Source: Gracilinanus agilis
Taxonomy: Eukaryota
Assembly: GCF_016433145.1 (NCBI RefSeq)
Contig: NC_058133.1
Span: forward strand, 169,785,439-169,846,636
Direction of reading: 5' to 3'
Length of the DNA stretch: 61,198 nt
This document shows, one piece after another, positions 13,819 to 25,068 of the stretch. Position 1 is the stretch's first letter. Each line of letters opens with the position of its first letter. The position numbers were made by a program, and so were the translations under genes. The notes beneath the pieces are model-generated. The model was not told where the DNA came from. It searched no databases and was given only the letters and a program-made list of their open reading frames with translations.

Positions 13819-14581
13819 AAGGTCAATTCTTAGTCCTTTGAAAGGAGGTCCCAGTTATTTGGTGCTTGGCCTTGTGCATTTTTATCTGTGACAAATAAAG
13901 GCTCAGATGGCATATTCATCATCAGATTCTCAGAGGACTGAAAGCTGGAAAGGACAGTAAACACCTTGGAGATTAGAGGTAGGATTGAAAAGGACCTTGG
14001 CAGGCTCTCACATTGGTCTAAATCTAATGAAATAAACTTGGGGAGACATCTAGACCTGTGATTTCACTGCTGTAAGGTGAAGAAACTGAAAGATTAAGTA
14101 ACTTTTCTAGTCACACAGTCAGTATATGTTCTATCTGTTATATGATATTGTCTCCCTAAGAGGAAATTTAATAGGGATAAATATAAAATCTTTCACTGGG
14201 GTTCAAAAAGTCAACTTCCCGAGTGCACAATGATGGAGTCATGGCTTGGTGATTTACTTGGAAGAGGTGGGAGGGTTTCAGTAAATTGCAAGCTCAATAT
14301 GGGTTGACAGGGCAAATATGGCAGCCGTACAAAGTAGTATTAACTCGGGCTGCACTGAGAGATGTATATTTTTCCAGAATTAGGATGATCAATCATACCA
14401 CTGTACTCAGTCAGACCATGTCTGGAGAATTATATTCTCTTTAGTGTGCCGGTGTTAAGGAATGACATTGATAATTTGGGGAGTAGCCATAAGAGTGCAA
14501 CTGAGATAGTAAAGGAGGGCCTTGGGATCATTCTCTCCTCTGCTATAAAATGGGGATAATGGTTAGTGTCTAATCTACCTA

Positions 14582-14815
14582 AGGGGCAGTTAGGTGGTGA
14601 AGTGGAAAAAGTACTGGGCCTGGAATCAGGAAGGCCAGAGTTCAAATCCAGCCTTGGACACTTATTAGCTATATGACCCTGGGCAAGTCATTTAACCCTG
14701 TTTGCCTTGGTCTCTTCATCTATAAAATGAGCTAGAGAAGGAAATGGTGAAACTATTCTAGTATCTTTGCCAAGAAAACTACTAACAGGGTCACAAAAAG
14801 TGAATCAATAACAAT
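14582..14815 (+). mobile_element. MAR1-type SINE (full length)
   Basis: GGGGCAGTTAGGTGG head, CORE, RTE tail (AGTATCTTTGCCAAGAAAA..GGGTCACAAAAAGT). Confidence 0.85.
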
Positions 14816-15559
14816 AAAAGTTGTTAATAGCAACAATAAGAGTAAGAAACAATAAGCCTACATGAGGCTAAAGTTGGCTTTGTAAGCCTGAAAGCATTCT
14901 GAAAATGCTAATTATTATTCTCTATAACCTTTAAGTTGGCTCTAGTACTCTGAATGTGAGATTATAATGCAAAGATCAAGGAGGCCACATACCCTTACAG
15001 CAAAGGTTCTTGAGTTTTTGGAGGGGAGGATAGAATAGGATTTGGAGAGGAAAAAAAATTTACTTTATTTTTACTAACTTGGGACTGAAATTGAGCATTT
15101 CCTTCTGAAAGTAAGTCTATTTAAAGTCTCCTTTTTAATACAACTTAAAATATTAAGAAATGATATTTTCTCTAAAAGCCCTTTCTAGTCCTGCCACTCA
15201 CTTGAAAAGAGAGCGATAGATTGAGGACATAAAGGCCTTTCATAAGGGAAAGGACTCAGGCTGGAAACTGAAGTGTGTACAAAGAGGGCTTCTTGTTTCT
15301 TTGGGTTCCTGCCTCCCCCCTCCTCCCTTGAAAGTTAACCTATGACCTACCCAAAAGAAAGTGCCTTCTATTTCATTCAAAAGGAAGCACCCTCTTCTAT
15401 TATTGAGAAGAAATTCTTGTTATTGATCTTTTTGAATCCTGATGGACAGTGAGGGCAAGGAGGGAGGTAGTTTGAGAAGGAATTGAGCAATGGGTATTCT
15501 GAAATGTTGTATTTTTGTCATATAGTGATTTTTAATTTTTATTTATTGGTAGAATGCAT

Positions 15560-16100
15560 TTCCAGGTATCTCAGCTCCTTCCCTCCCCACACCATAAAAG
15601 GCATCATTGGGCAAGCAGATACGTACAGTATATATATCTTCATTATCTCATGTAGTAGTTTCCAAGTTTTTGTTTTTGTTTTTAAACCCTTACCTTCCCC
15701 CTCTTGGAGTCAATACTGTGTATTGGCTCCAGGGCAGAAGAGTGGTAAGGGTAGGCAATGGGGGTCAAGTGACTTGCCCAGGGTCACACAGCTGGGAAGT
15801 GTCTGAGGCTGGATTTGAACCCAAGACCTCCCATCTCTAGGCCTGACTCTCAATCCACTGAGCTACCCAGCTGCCCCGCTTCCTCCCCCCCCCTTCCCCT
15901 TTTCCAAGTTTTTAAAAAGTTAATTTGCTCATCGTTTCTTATAGCATAGTAGTTTTCCATCTCAATCATATACCACAATTTGTTGGCCCATTTCCCAACC
16001 AATGGACCATGTGGCGATCTTTTACTTATTTGAGCTTCTTTGAAATCATACCTCAAATCATCTGGGCATTTGAGAGACATATCGAAGGGCATGAAGGGAC
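15560..16100 (-). mobile_element. L1 ORF2 C-terminal/3' fragment with nested SINE1 (15672-15877)
   Basis: Minus-strand translation KWANKLWYMIEMENYYAIRNDEQINFLKTWK resembles the L1 ORF2 C-terminus; SINE TSD tttccaagttttt at 15659-15671 and 15901-15913. Confidence 0.8.
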
Positions 16101-16204
16101 CTCTACCAGTTTGGACATCTCTTTCAGTCTGTCTGTCTATCTCTTACACTCTGTCTGCCGATAAGCTAGAAATGGCTTGGATATAGGGTAATATTAAATT
16201 ATAT

Positions 16205-16460
16205 AGAGGCAGCTAAGTGGCACATTGGATAGAGCATTGGACCTGAAGACAGGAAGACTTGATTGAGTTCAAGTCCTACCTCAGATGATTATTTATTCTG
16301 TGATCCTGGGCAAGTCACTTAACCACTGCCTGCCTCAGTTTCTTCATCTGTAAAAAAGGAGAGAATAATGGCACCTACCTCCCAGGGCTATTGTGGTAAT
16401 ATTTGGAAAACACTCTGTTAAACCTTAAAGTGTTATGGAAATGCTAATTATTGTTAATTA
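16205..16460 (+). mobile_element. MIR-type CORE-SINE
   Basis: CCTCAGTTTCTTCATCTGTAAAA..GGAGAGAATAATGGCACCTACCTCCCAGGG MIR tail. Confidence 0.8.
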
Positions 16461-16644
16461 AATAGAAGTGTTTCTGGCAGACTTGTATGTAAAATCAAGA
16501 GTACAGTATTTTTTTTTCTTTAACACTGGCAAAAAGGTCCATAAAGGAGTACACTCCTACTGGCTCAGGAAAGCAGATTGTTAAATTTTTAGTGTATCTC
16601 AGAAATCAGCAAATGCTACTTTTTGTTTTGTTTATTGTCTAGAC

Positions 16645-16780
16645 CAGCAATGGGCAAACTACTGCCCAAGGGCCAGATGAGGCCCCCTGAAAGTTTCTAT
16701 CTGGTGCAGGCCATTATTCTTAATCTGACGAATACAAAGAGTAGAATACAATACAATGAAACTTCAAAAGAGTTACCTCG
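16645..16780. mobile_element. Truncated hAT/Charlie MITE (reverse copy of the 9902-10102 family)
   Basis: gtctagac|CAGCAATGGGCAAAC TIR; TTCTTAATCTGACGAATACA..TACAATACAATGAAACTTC is the reverse complement of ~9980-10030. Confidence 0.75.
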
Positions 16781-17984
16781 AGCAATGAAACAAAGAACTC
16801 CCTGAGACCCTCTTCATTGAAAAAACAAATGATTTGATACTCAGTAACTCCAGTGCCGTAGGTGAAGATGGCAGAAATATATTGGAAGAAATGGATCAAG
16901 ATAAAAAAATGAGAGATGTCAGAGGCTATTATTTGAGGGAAAAAATCAGTAGTGTTGTGGTGGTCAAAACAAGGTAAATCGAAGCACAAAATTCTGAGCA
17001 TTTATGCGTGTCCCTTCCGCATTATAAATTTCTCAATCTTGTTTCGATATATCCTAGATAGGCTTAAGAAATCAAATGGGAATGTTTGGGGAGTTTTGCA
17101 GAATTGACGGCCAGCAGATGACACAGAAAAGTTTAGAAACACAGAAATGCCTAAAACATATGCATGGTATACTATAATATCAATAGAATTATCTTTAATA
17201 CCATAAACACACAATTCCTTTTTAAAGTTAAAATAAGTAAAAAGCTAAAGTTTGTGAAAAGAATGGGAAAGTCAGCAAACTACACAGGCCAGAAATGTTA
17301 ACATTGACATTACATACAGCCTATGACCAAATACATAACTTAAATTTTATAAGAAGATACTGTAAACACCTTACAGTAGGGTGGGGTGGGGTGGGGATAT
17401 GCCCAATGTGGCAGGGATAAATACTTTAATAGTAAAGCAAGAATTTACCAATAAGTGGATCTCAACTTCTTCAGCAGAGCTAAGATCCCAATGAGGGGGA
17501 CAGTTTTTTTTTTACAATTTTGGGGAGAACAGAACAAAGAACAGGACTAGGTGGAGGAGAAATTATGATTGGTTAAAAGATCTTGACAACATGAATGGCA
17601 AAACCAATATGATTGGTTGGAAACTGGGAATGTGGGACTAGCAACAACCTCTCTTTCCCTCCTGTGACTAAGAAATGTTCATTGTTTGAGCCCACCTGCA
17701 ACGTTAGCAATAATGGACTAGACTTCTTTGGATGGCAAGCCAGAAATCCTTGAAGGATAGCGTGCTAGTATGAAGATTCTGGACCAGCCTCCCTGGTGTC
17801 TACTTACATCCCTCAAGGATAACAGATTTCCTTGAGGCAAGAATAGAACAGAGTTAGGCAGAACTGGATGTCTAAATTTAATTCATTACCGGTCAGTTGA
17901 ATTTCTGAACTAAGTTTAGAGTCAAAGAATCATGATTTAGGGGGTAAAAATAATAACTGTAAATAGGATCAATTAAAAAAGACA

Positions 17985-18160
17985 GAATCCTGAGTGCCAG
18001 GCTGGAATCAGGAGGACCTGCGTTCAAATATAACCTCAGACACTTTCCTGGCTCTGTGACCTGAGGCAAGTCACTTAACCTAGATTGCCTATCCTTTGCC
18101 AATCTTTTGTCTTACACTTGATACTAAGAGAGAAGGTAAGGGTTTAAAAAAAAAAAAAGA
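17985..18160 (+). mobile_element. SINE1_Mdo-type SINE
   Basis: CORE plus GAAGGTAAGGGTTTAAAAAAA tail. Confidence 0.8.
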
Positions 18161-18647
18161 CAATCAATTGATCATTTCAGGAGATTCTAGATATGGTGGC
18201 ACTTAATCATGTAAAGAGTGAAACTGATTATATTTTAACAGACAGGAAATGACTCATTAGTGATGTGGGAGGAAGCAATTTCTGAATCGGCTGCCTGTGT
18301 CTAGTCAGACCTCTAATTTGGATGTGCAAAGATCAAAATCAGTGCAAAACTGGAAGGAAGTAAAAATGAGAAAATGACATAAAATTGAAACAACTCAATC
18401 TTGATCTACCCAAACAAATCGATGATAATGAAAAATGGGTAATGAGTAAAAGAAAGGACCTAGACAAAGACTCTGATGCTGTCATAAAGAATTTTGACCA
18501 AGGTAAACAATTGCCATAACAAAAAGGACAAAAGAATCTTAAAATGTTCCTGGGTCAATAAATGTTCAATGTACTTATTAACTGGACAGTGTAATGGTGA
18601 GGCACCAAGGATGTTAACTATTATTATTAAAATGTAACTAAATGGTT

Positions 18648-19430
18648 TGTAGGTTCACACTGGGTTGAAGGAGAGACAGGACCAACTAGGTTAGGGAGAC
18701 CAGGTTTACTACCAAGCTGTAACTGTCACAGGAATGGCAGTTAGGTCCAACAGTCTCTCAGCCCTCCTAGGCTTGGGTCTATGGAACCAGCAGGCAAAAG
18801 GTAAAAAAGTTCATAACAGTTTAATTGAGGGAGATAATAACGAAGGATGGGAATAAGGGATTCTATACTTATAACCTAAGGGCAAACCACAGGGGCAGGG
18901 GAAGGACTTGACTACACTATTCTATTGACCTAAGCCAGGCAGGGCCCAAAGGAAGCAGTATTGAAGTCACAGGGAAAGCTCCTCCAAACCTGGTTCCAGT
19001 CAGGTTTGGTCAGCTCAGCTAAAGGGCTTGAGGATGGCTTTCCATTGGGGTCTCACAGTAAATCCAAGGATGGTCACAGGATGCCAAGAGCCAACTCCAC
19101 CAGGTGATCCAAGGTACCCAGGTAGGGAGAGTGAGTTTGCAACGCTGTCCACCAGATCATAAACCACTTCCCCACTTGGTGTTGCTCTGCAGGTCTGTTG
19201 TCCACTGCTGAAAGCCTCCACCTCTCAGGATCCCAGGGAATCTGGATGCAGTTTTTCCCTAACTCTGAGATCTCCCAGGGTTAGCAACAGTTATGTCCCC
19301 AACCACTATGGAGTCTCTCTCAGAGCACAAGCCCACTTCCTGCTCCTTCATTCCATCTTGGAATCCTCCAGCCCTTCCTGCTTGGTCCAACACTAATATT
19401 AAATTAATTGCTAAATAACCCTCACAACAA
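18648..19430. mobile_element. Probable ERV LTR-like insertion within the RTE fossil
   Basis: Abrupt GC-richer block with TG.../...ACA ends; no TSD identified. Confidence 0.4.
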
Positions 19431-19454
19431 CAGAGATGGTAGTCAGAAGCAATG

Positions 19455-20590
19455 TTTTTTTTTTTTTTAACAATTTAATTACTTTTTTCTTACATTTTAA
19501 GTTCTGAACTGTCTCCCTCTCTCTCTATTCCACGTTAGAGAAGAGTAATGTTTGACACAAATATCTATACCTATATGTAGATATACATATATACACATAC
19601 ATGTAAAACTATGCAACATATATGTCTTTTTGTCAGTTTTTTCTTTGGAGATGGATAACATCTTCCTTCATAAGTCCTTTATTGATTTGAAATTCATATT
19701 ACTTAGAATAACTTAGTCATTCAGTTATTTTTGGAGCAATATTGCTGTTACTGTATACAATGTTCTCTTGGTTCTGCTCATTTCACTCTTTATTATTTCT
19801 TGTGAGTCTTTCCATATTTTTTTAAATCAGCTTGCACAGTAGTATTCCATCACAATCATAAGCCACAATTTGTTTAGCTATTTCTCAATTGATAGGCATC
19901 CCCTCAGTTTCCAGTTCTTTGCCACCACAAAGAGAGCTGCTATAAATATTTTAGAACCTATAGATTCTTTTCTTTTTTCCATGATCACCTTGGAAACCAG
20001 ACCCAATAGTGGTATTTCTGGGTCAAAGGGTATTACACAGTTTGATAACACTTTGGGCAGGTAATGATGATTTGTTTGGTATTTTAAGTGTTATCATTTA
20101 TAAATCTTATAAGGAAACAAAAGAGATGCTTATTGATTGGGGAATGACTAAAGAAACTGTGGTACATTGATGTGATTGGATATTACTGTAAGGAATGATG
20201 AATAGAGAGAAACATGGGAAGGTATGTGAACTGAGGCAAAGTGAAGTTAAGTAGAACTGGAAAGATGTTGTATGTGCTGATTACAATAATAAAAATGGAA
20301 ATGGCAAAAAAAATAAAGAAATTTAAATTGAGTGATATGAAATTAAAATGACTGAACTTGGTCTGAAAGAAGAGATATGAAAATGCACCTCTCTCCCTTA
20401 ATTGCACAGGAGTGGCCCTATGGGTTTGAAACATTACATATAATATTGGACTTGTTGGATGTGTTGTCTGACTTGTTGAACTTTGCCCCCTCTTTTTTAC
20501 TTTTTGTTATATAGAATGACTTTCTGGTCAGGGTAGGATATATTGTGAAAAGTATGTTATAAAAATAAGATATCAATAAAATTTAAATTT
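19455..20590. mobile_element. Two L1 3' fragments in opposite orientation (19455-20050 minus; 20055-20590 plus)
   Basis: Marsupial L1 3'UTR motifs (CAATTGATAGGCATCCCCTCAGTTTCCAGTTCTTTGCCACCACAAAGAGAGCTGC); the plus piece carries ATTGGGGAATGACTAAAGAAACTGTGGTAC. Confidence 0.7.
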
Positions 20591-21137
20591 TAATCTGATG
20601 GAGAATGCATGAAGATTAAGAGCAGTATTACCTCAGAACAGAGAGAAATAATGAGAGTTGAAACTTATTTAATGAAAGCTTGGTAAGAGACCCAACTAAG
20701 AAAAATCATTCAGAGGGCATTTGAGAATAAAAAGGATGAGAGGTTAACAAACAGACAAAAAAGGAACAGAGATACAACAATTTTTATAACAAGCTCTTTT
20801 CTGTCCTTCGTTCTGCTGAGCTAGCATACTTGGAGTAACATCACAATTTTGGAGGTGTTCCTGGCAGAGAAATGGCATCAAAGAGAATAAAGATGGAAGG
20901 GTCCACTGGATAAGCCAAACTATATGTATATAGAGGAAATTTGAGCTTCCAAACAATTGTGAAAGTGTTGCTGAGTCACTTCACAAGACATCTGAAAGAA
21001 AGAAACCAAAGGTAGGGAAAAAAATCTGGGATTTTACTAATACTGAAAAGTGATTGAGAAAATAAACAACCAACATGTAAGCCTGCTCCCTTACTGACTA
21101 AGAAAAAGTTTGGGAGAATAATCTATGTACACATCAA

Positions 21138-22060
21138 TGACGCAGTAAGGGTTAAAATAGGAGTTTTGATAAAACAAGAGATCAGTTTTTAATAACTTAA
21201 GTTTTATTGAGAATATAGCAGAGTTGTAAATTAATATTATCCCTTTAAGCCAGAGAAAAGAAAACTTCTAGCAACTTTTAACAAGTAATAATTTAGTTTA
21301 ATTAAAATAGAGATAGTAAAAGAATATAGTAAAATGAATATAGGAAAGGAGGGAAGTATAGGAAATAGGTAGAGAAAGAAATCTTCCTAATGTCTATACT
21401 AGTTATCCTATAACTGCCTATGACTATCACTAATAATAAGCAACCCACAAAGTTCCAATTTAGTCCAGCCCAATCAAAACCAATCCAATCAGTGTTTAAT
21501 TCAACCCCAATTAGGTCTGTCAATGAAGACCAACCACCTTCCAAAAAATTCAAGGAAGGGAAAAAAACCTAACAGCCCAAACCAAAAGGCAAAAAACCTT
21601 CTAAAGGCTAAAGTCAAAAGTCCTCTCAGTAAGCTCAGGTCTGCCTTTATATTCCAGCAACTAAACATCAACCACCAACTAATCACCAACCCATTCCACC
21701 AGCAACCAATCCCCAATGACCAACTTATGCCCAGCAGGCAACTTCCCTCAACTGACAGATGTAACTGTCAGCAACTGACAGACCTGTCAGCAACTGACCC
21801 CACCCCCCCAACTGTCAGCAACTGATGCTAGACCCCTTTTATAACCTCCTCTTCCCTCCCTTCCTATCGCTGTGGTTCCTCCTTCCTGTCTCTATGGTTT
21901 CTCCTTCTTGTCTCTCTGGTTTCTACTTCCTGTCACCGTGGGCTGGTTAATTCCTACACATCTCTATGGTAAGGGGACCTCTAAGTCCCCTGAGGGAATT
22001 AAATTAAAAATTTAATTAAATTTAAATAAAAAAAAAAGGAATAAAGAATTCCTTTTTACA
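21138..22060 (-). mobile_element. ERV solo LTR (~920 bp)
   Basis: TG...CA termini; on - strand U3 tandem repeats (21860-21945), TATAAAA (~21837-21843), AATAAA (~21203-21208); interrupts RTE RT sequence. Confidence 0.75.
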
Positions 22061-22589
22061 ATGCCCTTAACAAGGGTTAAAGTAGGAAAGAGGCAGGTTT
22101 TCCCAGGTGATATTTCACATCTTTACTAATACACAACTGACTAAAAGATGTCAAGAATACAGGATACAACAGTGTTAATTGCTGATTGTATAAAAGAAAT
22201 ATTTGATTTGGTACAGCAAAATGCCTCCTCTGAGATTGTCTTCCAATGAGATATCTTCCATGTATATATCAAAATTACTCAAAACACCTGGAAGGATATA
22301 ACAATAAAAGACAACCTTGTTTGACGACTTCACTCTTCAAATATATTGTTGTTCAGCCATTTTTCAGTAATGTCTGACTCTTTATAACCCCATTTGGGTT
22401 TTTCTTGAATATATTAAATAAGGTGTAACAAGGAGCCTCATGCCACAGGTGTTCACCACTGTCATAGAAGCAATCAAGTCTACAATGAATAGGGATTCCC
22501 TTTGGATGATGGGATCCTGCAGCTGTGCCTTTTTGTGGAGGATGTAATTGTTTCATTTTCATTTCATTTCTTTCATCTCTTTTATGTCT

Positions 22590-22960
22590 TAATATTGAAC
22601 TATACTTTATTTTAAATTCAATTAACAAAAATCTATTTTCTCTTACTCCCCCCTCCCATTGAAAAAAGAAAAAAGTGAAACAAAACCCTTGTAACAAATA
22701 TGAATAGTCTAGCCAAAAAACAAACAAATGCCTGCTTTGGCCATATCCAAAATAATATATGTCTCATGCTGAATCTTTAGTCCATTACTTTTCTGTCATG
22801 AGGTGGGTAGTATGCTTCATCATTGGTCTTCTGGAATGGTAGTTGGTCATTCAGTTGTTCAGACTGAACCAGATTTTCATATCTATATATCTATATCTAT
22901 CTATTTTTTCATATATATATGTTTTTGCCATCTTTTCATCAAATATTAACATATATTTTG
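22590..22960 (-). mobile_element. L1 3' end fragment
   Basis: AAATCTATTTTCTCTTACTCCCCCTCCCATTGAAAAAAGAAAAA..AAACCCTTGTAACAAATATG typical of marsupial L1 3'UTR. Confidence 0.65.
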
Positions 22961-24184
22961 AATTGGTTTGGAGGCTCTCATTGAGTTCTTTATTGCATTC
23001 TTTATGTAAAAGGGTTTTGACACAATCCCAGACCACATAAGATGAAACTCCACATGGGCCCAAAATCTTTTTTTGGGAAGAGGCAAGAAGTCTACACTGG
23101 CATCTTTTCATTGACTGCATACCCAGAACTGACTGTGTCTTTAAATCTACTTGACTGAGATGTAGTTTCTCTCTTTCTTGTGGCTTCCAGGAGTGAAGGA
23201 CTCATCCATTTATAATACGGTCATCATACACTAAGCTGAGTGAGGAAGGACCATCTTCCCCTTCCCCTGTTGCCCTGAGAAATGCACTTGGGATTTTGGT
23301 CTGGATTTTTAAAATTTTTTATCTATTCAGTTCTAGGGACTGGAGTTGCTGATCCACAAGCTTGAGTCATGGGGACCTTGGAACTCAAGATATTGTTACC
23401 AGCTTACTGTGGAAGCCCCGAGAAGGCTTTGAACTTGGAATTATTGGAACCAGTGCTATGCAGGAAATAAGCCAAGCTGTGAATGTAATCCCTCTCCCCT
23501 TTCCAGGTACCAAAGTGTTGTGGGAGAAGGTGCTCTCCAAGTGTTGGGGAGAACGTTTTTATGTTTGTTCTTAGACTTTTAGAATAAATATTCCTTTGTG
23601 AAAGCCAATCTGAATGTTAAGTGGTTAAATGGAACTGGGGTGTTTGAGTTGCTTTGTTTGGGAAAACCACTAGTAAGGGCTTGAGCCAATGGCAGAGATG
23701 AGACACCTCTGAACCTGATAAGAAACCAGAGAACCCTGGGAGAAGGATGGAAATGTAACACATCTGGCTTTTGACAGCAGATGCCAGAACAGTCATTGCT
23801 ATATTTGGTTGTACTTTAGCTTACAGAGATGGGGATTAAATAAATATATTGATTAATTGCTATAATTTAGAGTGGGATTTCTCATGGAAATCCTAGCCTT
23901 AAACTAGGAATGACTGATCCAAATAAGTATCTCAGAAACATGGTGGAAGAGAGCATCTACTCTGCACTTGCTCTTTCTATTTAGGAGGTAGAGAAGAAGA
24001 CTCTCCAGGTTCAGCCAAAGAAGCAGAAATGGAGAAGCTTCTGTAGATCCTAGGCTAAGGGGTCTCTGCTCTTTTTAAAAGGGCATAACATTGCCTCCAC
24101 TCAAGGCACCAACTATGTCTCAAGCAGAAAGTGCTAAAAACTAGGGCAGCTATTGAGGATCGAGGCTCAGCAGGGTCTGGTAGA

Positions 24185-24680
24185 TGTCTCAATGGATAGT
24201 CAGGCCTGGAGCCAGGAGATCCTAGGTTCAAATCTGACCTCAGCTATGTCTTAGCTGTGTGGCACTGGCCAAGTCTCTTGACTTGAATTTCCTAACCCTT
24301 ACCACTCTTCCACCTTGGAACCAATAAAGAGAGAAGGTAAGAGTTTTTAAAAAATGAGCTCTGGAGGAGGCAACTAGGTAGCTCAGTGAATAGAGAGCCA
24401 GGCCTAGAGATAGGAGGTCCTAGGTCAAATCTGACCTCAGATACTTCCTAGCTGTGTGGCACTGGCCAAGTCACTTAACCTGTTAAAGCCTAACCTTTAC
24501 CTCTCTTCTGCCTTAGAACCAATACACAGTATTGATTCTAAGACAGAAAGTAAGGGTTTAAAAAAAATGAGCTGGAGATGTAAATGGCAAAACACTCCAA
24601 TATCTTTGCCAAGAAAATACCATGAAAAGGGGTCATGAGGAGTTGGAAATGACCAAAAAACAACTGTATAACAATAGCAA
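24185..24680 (+). mobile_element. Tandem SINE1-type copies followed by a MAR1 RTE tail
   Basis: Two head-to-tail SINE bodies (24185-24352, 24369-24567), each followed by AAAAATGAGCT(CT)GGAG. Confidence 0.8.
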
Positions 24681-24719
24681 ACTCCCAAACCCCAGCTACT
24701 GGGCTAATGATTCCTGATT

Positions 24720-24880
24720 TAACAAAAACTGATGGGAAAACTAGAAATCAGTCTGATCGGAAAGAAATTAGGTGTAGACCAATATTTCATATCATCAACT
24801 AAGATAAGCATCAAATGGATATGTGACTTAGATATAAAATAGAGATACTATGAATCTGAGAGTAGAAAAAAGGAACAGTT
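24720..24880 (+). mobile_element. L1 ORF2 fragment
   Basis: Degenerate WEN*KSV..KLGVDQYFISSTKISIKWICDLDIK. Confidence 0.7.
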
Positions 24881-25068
24881 TACCCCAAACCACAATTAAG
24901 AATTTTTGTGTCTGGGCAAGTACTATAAACTGAGACCAGGGCAAGTGTCTTGAAGGAAGCCCTCACTTTAGGGGTACAGGGAGGGAGATTGTATCATGAA
25001 AGAAAGATACAGACTCAAGGATCCCAGTGTGATGCTTATGCTAGGGAGGCTGGCACACAGGACAGGAT

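Larger units (their letters stand above)
12130..14410 (+). mobile_element. L3/CR1 LINE reverse-transcriptase fossil in three pieces (12130-12280, 13819-13970, 14160-14410)
   Basis: Degenerate LDFSKAF (CTAGATTTTAGTCAAGCATTT) and VLGPVLF/KFADDTKL-like segments, plus the CR1 3' CTGCAAGCTCAATATG..GTGGCAGCC..CCACTGTACTC signature. Confidence 0.7.
18170..22345 (+). mobile_element. Fragmented RTE-clade LINE (endonuclease ~18170-18640; RT ~20590-21137 and 22061-22345)
   Basis: Degenerate NHVKSETDYILTDRK*LISDVG..ESAACV*SD (APE motif) and RT segments (GAGGCAGGTTTT = EAGF; IFTITQLTKRCQEY-like). Confidence 0.7.

Noticed and set aside
15850-16092. 80-aa ORF with a protein-like stretch
   Set aside because: Remnant of L1 ORF2 fused to SINE sequence; not a host gene.
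21523-21825. 100-aa Lys/Asn/Gln-rich ORF
   Set aside because: Antisense reading of LTR repeats; composition artefact.
21860-21946. Regular short repeats superficially like a CRISPR array
   Set aside because: Mammalian DNA, no unique spacers, no cas genes; U3 enhancer repeats.
23160-23760. Possible additional LTR
   Set aside because: TG/CA ends and an AATAAA are present, but no TSD or homologous copy in the window; too uncertain to call.
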